Shown here: positions 32,497-35,810 of the stretch, in pieces
Layout of the letters: the number at the start of each line of letters is the position of its first letter
Position numbering within the stretch: the first letter of the stretch is position 1
Assembly: GCA_001724265.1 (NCBI GenBank)
Contig: MEDY01000315.1
Span: 1 to 35,810, forward strand
Source: Rhizaria sp. SCN 62-66
Taxonomy: Eukaryota
Reading direction: 5' to 3'
DNA: 35,810 nucleotides
The notes under the pieces: generated by a model
Databases searched by the model: none
What the model saw: the letters and a program-made list of their open reading frames with translations, nothing else
Told to the model about the DNA's origin: nothing
Made by a program: the position numbers and the translations under genes

Positions 32497-33887
32497 TCAC
32501 ACAGCCTTGCCCTTGGCGTCCGCTTTCGCAGCAGCAGCCTCAGCCTCAGCCTCGGCCTCAACCTCGGCCGCGCGCCTCTTATCGGCCTCCATAGCGCGGC
32601 GCTCCGCCTGCTCCGCCGATGCAAACACGCGCTCGAGAAGTTTAGCCGCCTCCTTCTGGCGGTCGTCGGACACGTCCAGCGGCAGCGGCGCCATCATGCG
32701 GCGGAACGCCTCGGCGTCCAGTCCGCCGCGGCCGTCGCTCGCGGCCGCGTTCTTGGCAGCGTCCGCAGCGTCGTTCGTACTCGCACTGCCAGAGTTCATG
32801 CTGTGAGAGTTGTTCGTGTTGCTGCTGTTGCTGTTGTTGTTAGAAGCTGTCTCAGCGTTGCGCGCGTACTGACGCGCCTCCTTCAGCCGCTCGCCCGCAC
32901 TCTGAGCCGCGCTGCTGCTACTGTGGTTGTGAACGTCGGCAGCGGCCGAGTCGTTGTTGACGTAGATCTCAACTGCGGCGAGCGCGGCCGCCTCTGGGGA
33001 CTGCAGCCACGCCAGCTCCTCGGGTGTCGACACGCGGCCCAGCACGACGTTGCGCTGCGGGAAGCGGCCGAAGCGCGTCACCAGGTCCAGGTGCGCGGCC
33101 GCGTAGTCGCACAGGACCGATAAATAGGGCCGGTGCACGCGGGGCGCGTTGTCGTGGAGCTCATTGAGCCGCGCCATGGCGACCTTGAGCGTGTTGAGCC
33201 GCTCCGAGCGCAGCAGCGGGAGAAAGTAGAACTGGCGCTCGACCGTGTCGAACGCCAGCGGGTGCAGGTCCTGGAACGCGGTGTAGTTTGACTGCAAGAA
33301 GAGCTCGTGCAGCATGCTGCCGCGCGGCCCGAGCCAGGACCCGACTGCGAGCGCGGGCGTGAGGCGGCCGCCGTTGGCGCGCACGGCGTCGCGCAGCTGC
33401 GCGCGAGGTAGCGCAAAGTTGAGCGTGGCCAGCGCGAGCGAGCCCTCGGGAGAGCGGTGCAGCGCGGCGTAGGGGCCATCGTCCTGGCGCGAGAGGCGCT
33501 CGGCGCGGTACTGCTCCATGTCGTCGCCGAACTCGGCGCTATATAGACACAAATAACAACACATAAAAACAAAAAGTGAGCTATCCAGAAATTTCATCGC
33601 GTAGTATATATGATAACTGAGATACATTATGTTTTACATTGACGTACACCATGTATGCGTCGATGGCAGGAGGAGGGGTGAACCAGCGTTGGCGGCAGAC
33701 AGGAGGCACGGGAGCGCCGCGGGTATAGCCTGCAGAGAGATACAAACAAAGAGTCAGATGCTGTGAGTGCATAAAAGAACAATGAACAAATGCACGCGTG
33801 TTGTGAATTATGGTTGTATAACGTACCATCAAACCAGAAGGGGAGGATACGCTGGACAAGCGTCTTGGCCCTATTAGCGCGGATCAT
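32497..33887 (-). CDS. DUF924 family protein (394 aa, 3 exons)
   Basis: Exons 33887-33827, 33729-33648 and 33538-32497 (two GTACGT introns). Motifs ILPFWF, RWF, ERQFYFLPLLRSE and HLDLVTRFGRFPQRNVVLGRVSTPEE. TGA stop. Confidence 0.85.
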
Positions 33888-34100
33888 AGCGCTACTACTC
33901 GGAGTTCAACAAGGCGCAGGGCAGTACAAATATCGATTTAGGAAGTATAATTATAGAATCATACACAATACACATTATGAAATCGAATAACAGTGCCGAG
34001 CCGCAATATTACGTTCGCATGCATGCGTAAATCAAGACCATAGTTGGGGCTGCTCAGTCTCGGCACTTGATGGTCAGACGCCGCAGCAGCAGTCAAAAGC

Positions 34101-34130
34101 ACAAACTCAAGATCTACAAACTCAAGATCT
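34101..34130 (+). repeat. (ACAAACTCAAGATCT)x2 tandem duplication upstream of the DUF924 gene
   Basis: Read directly. Confidence 0.9.
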
Positions 34131-34332
34131 AGTGATGTGTAGTGGGAAAATGAATCAAAAGTTCACGTTTATTCCAGTCGGTCTACACTGTTTAGTTCAA
34201 ATAATATCCACAATATCTAAGTATCACTCTTAAAAATCCGCGTATCTCCAACTTTGTGCACGAGTTACTCGCACGTGTGACTGTACCACACACTATCATA
34301 CTCACAACACTCCCATTTGCTCACCGTTTCTC

Positions 34333-35810
34333 CTACATGTCGCCATCACTCATCTTCTGCTGCTGTTGCAGCGACGGCGTGCCGCTGCGGTGGTGCTGGG
34401 CCGCCAAGTGCGTCGCTGGCGACGCCCCCCTGCTCCCACTCACGCTCCCACTAGCGCCAGCAGTCACGCCCGCACCGGCATTTGCGCTGTTATGCTGCTG
34501 CGCACTGCCAGCCGCGCCAGATAGCAGCGTCGGCCCACTGCTCGCGCCCGCGGCTGCGCCAGAGGAGAAGCCGTGACCCGCGCCGGCCGCAGCGCGCGGC
34601 GTGCCTTTGCGCTTCGCACCACCGCCACAGGCCGACAGTGCTGCGCCGGACAGAGTGGCCGAGCCGGGGCCCGAACCAGGCCCTGGGCCAACGCCGGAGC
34701 CCGCCGTAACCGACAGCGCAAGCCCCAACCCTCCGCCAACAGTGACACCGGCATTTTGACCGGCGCTGGCACTGGCGCCGAGGTTGCTGCCGCTGCCGCT
34801 GTGGCCGAGCGGCGCTGGCGGCGTCAGCGGCCTGGCCCCGGCCCCGCGGCCCCGGGGCCCCGCCGCCGTGCCCATCGGCGTCATGACGGTGAGCGAAGAC
34901 TGGCCAGACAGGGCGCCGACCGCGAGCCCCGGCTGCGGGCCTGAGGCCAAGGGGCTGGAGACAGCGCTCGAGGCCGCACTCGACGCCGCGCTGCAGTAGT
35001 TGTAGTCATAGCCGCCGCCGTAGCCTGCTGCGTAATTATTCCGGTGGGTCAGATTCGAGTTGCCGCCGCTGCCGCCGCTGCTGCCGCCGCCCCCGCCGCC
35101 CCCACCAGACTGGTGGTGCAGCGTTGGCACTGGCGTCGCAACAGATGCGCCGCCGCCGCTGCCAGCCGTGGGGCCAAGCGCCGCCCAGTGCCCGTGACCG
35201 TGAACGCCATGCGTTCCGTGACTGTGGCCGTGGGTGAGCGCGCTGTGGCCGCTGTTATGGCGCGTGGAGCGCGGCGAGTGCGTGACCGAGTGCGCGATCG
35301 AATTGGCAGGGGCACCGCTGGCGCTGGCGCTGCCGCTGCCGGCGGGGGCGGGCGAAGCCACAGCGGTCACAATCGGCGGGGGCGCGGAGCCCAGCAGTGA
35401 GCCCGAGCTTGAACCACCTGAGCCACTCGAACCGGAGCCAGAAACGGAGCCAGATGCAGAGGATGATGCGGGGATGACGGAGGCCGCCGCAGCCGCCGCA
35501 GCTGCGTGTGCCGCCGCCGTGGCCGCGCCCGCCGCGCTGCCCGTCAGCAGCATCGGCGTCGCGCTGTGGCTGTGCGGGCCGTGACCGTGGCCGTGGCCGT
35601 GGCTGTGACCGTGGTGCTGCGGCTGCGCGGGCGCGTGGCCCTGGTGGCTATGGTGGTGCGCCGCCGCGGCCGCCGCGGCCGCGGCCGCCGCCATCGCCGC
35701 GACCGCGGCCGTGCTTGCGTCAGCCTTGGCGGCGCGCTCGCGGCCGCGCGGGGTCGAGGCCGCGCCCGCGCTGCCGCCGCCGTGGCGCTCCGACGCCGCC
35801 GCCGCGGCCA
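34333..35810 (-). CDS. 3' part of a Gly/Ser/Ala/His-rich low-complexity protein, truncated by the window edge
   Basis: The frame is open from the window end to TAG at 34335-34333, then GAG AAA CGG TGA (to 34321). No domain recognised. Confidence 0.7.
   Translation of the reverse strand, partial: AAAAASERHGGGSAGAASTPRGRERAAKADASTAAVAAMAAAAAAAAAAAHHHSHQGHAPAQPQHHGHSHGHGHGHGPHSHSATPMLLTGSAAGAATAAAHAAAAAAAASVIPASSSASGSVSGSGSSGSGGSSSGSLLGSAPPPIVTAVASPAPAGSGSASASGAPANSIAHSVTHSPRSTRHNSGHSALTHGHSHGTHGVHGHGHWAALGPTAGSGGGASVATPVPTLHHQSGGGGGGGGSSGGSGGNSNLTHRNNYAAGYGGGYDYNYCSAASSAASSAVSSPLASGPQPGLAVGALSGQSSLTVMTPMGTAAGPRGRGAGARPLTPPAPLGHSGSGSNLGASASAGQNAGVTVGGGLGLALSVTAGSGVGPGPGSGPGSATLSGAALSACGGGAKRKGTPRAAAGAGHGFSSGAAAGASSGPTLLSGAAGSAQQHNSANAGAGVTAGASGSVSGSRGASPATHLAAQHHRSGTPSLQQQQKMSDGDM

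Noticed and set aside
1-35810. CRISPR array, transposase, reverse transcriptase, viral or rRNA genes
   Set aside because: No repeat-spacer array, terminal repeats or catalytic motifs were seen; the short repeats are only two to four copies.

Overview
Eukaryotic, probably protist, nuclear DNA. GC-rich, Ala/Ser-rich exons alternate with short AT-richer introns (GT..AG, most often GTACGT donors) and compact intergenic regions. I can build ten protein-coding genes. Six are recognisable: an OGFOD2/ICU11-type 2OG-Fe(II) oxygenase, an ABP34-like EF-hand/coiled-coil protein, mitoribosomal mL41, a TBL1/HOS15 LisH-WD40 protein, proteasome Rpn12 and a DUF924 protein. The other four are a secreted protein with NTF2/SnoaL-like domains, a ~4,000-codon low-complexity protein, a Cys-tailed unknown and a window-truncated unknown. 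Four observations stand out. (1) A single in-frame TAG splits the 12-kb reading frame inside a Gln-rich run; the two other TAG-ended genes also stay open to a TAA/TGA, and every recognisable gene ends in TAA or TGA, so UAG may be a sense or readthrough codon. (2) The mL41 gene appears to have 3'UTR introns hosting two box C/D snoRNAs with U41/snR51-like and U33/snR55-like guides. (3) Nearly every start codon sits just behind a splice-acceptor-like site, often without a strong donor, suggesting trans-splicing or near-universal 5'UTR introns. (4) A ~410-nt run of hairpins lies upstream of the ABP34-like gene. All family and rRNA matches are from recalled motifs; no searches or folding were run.
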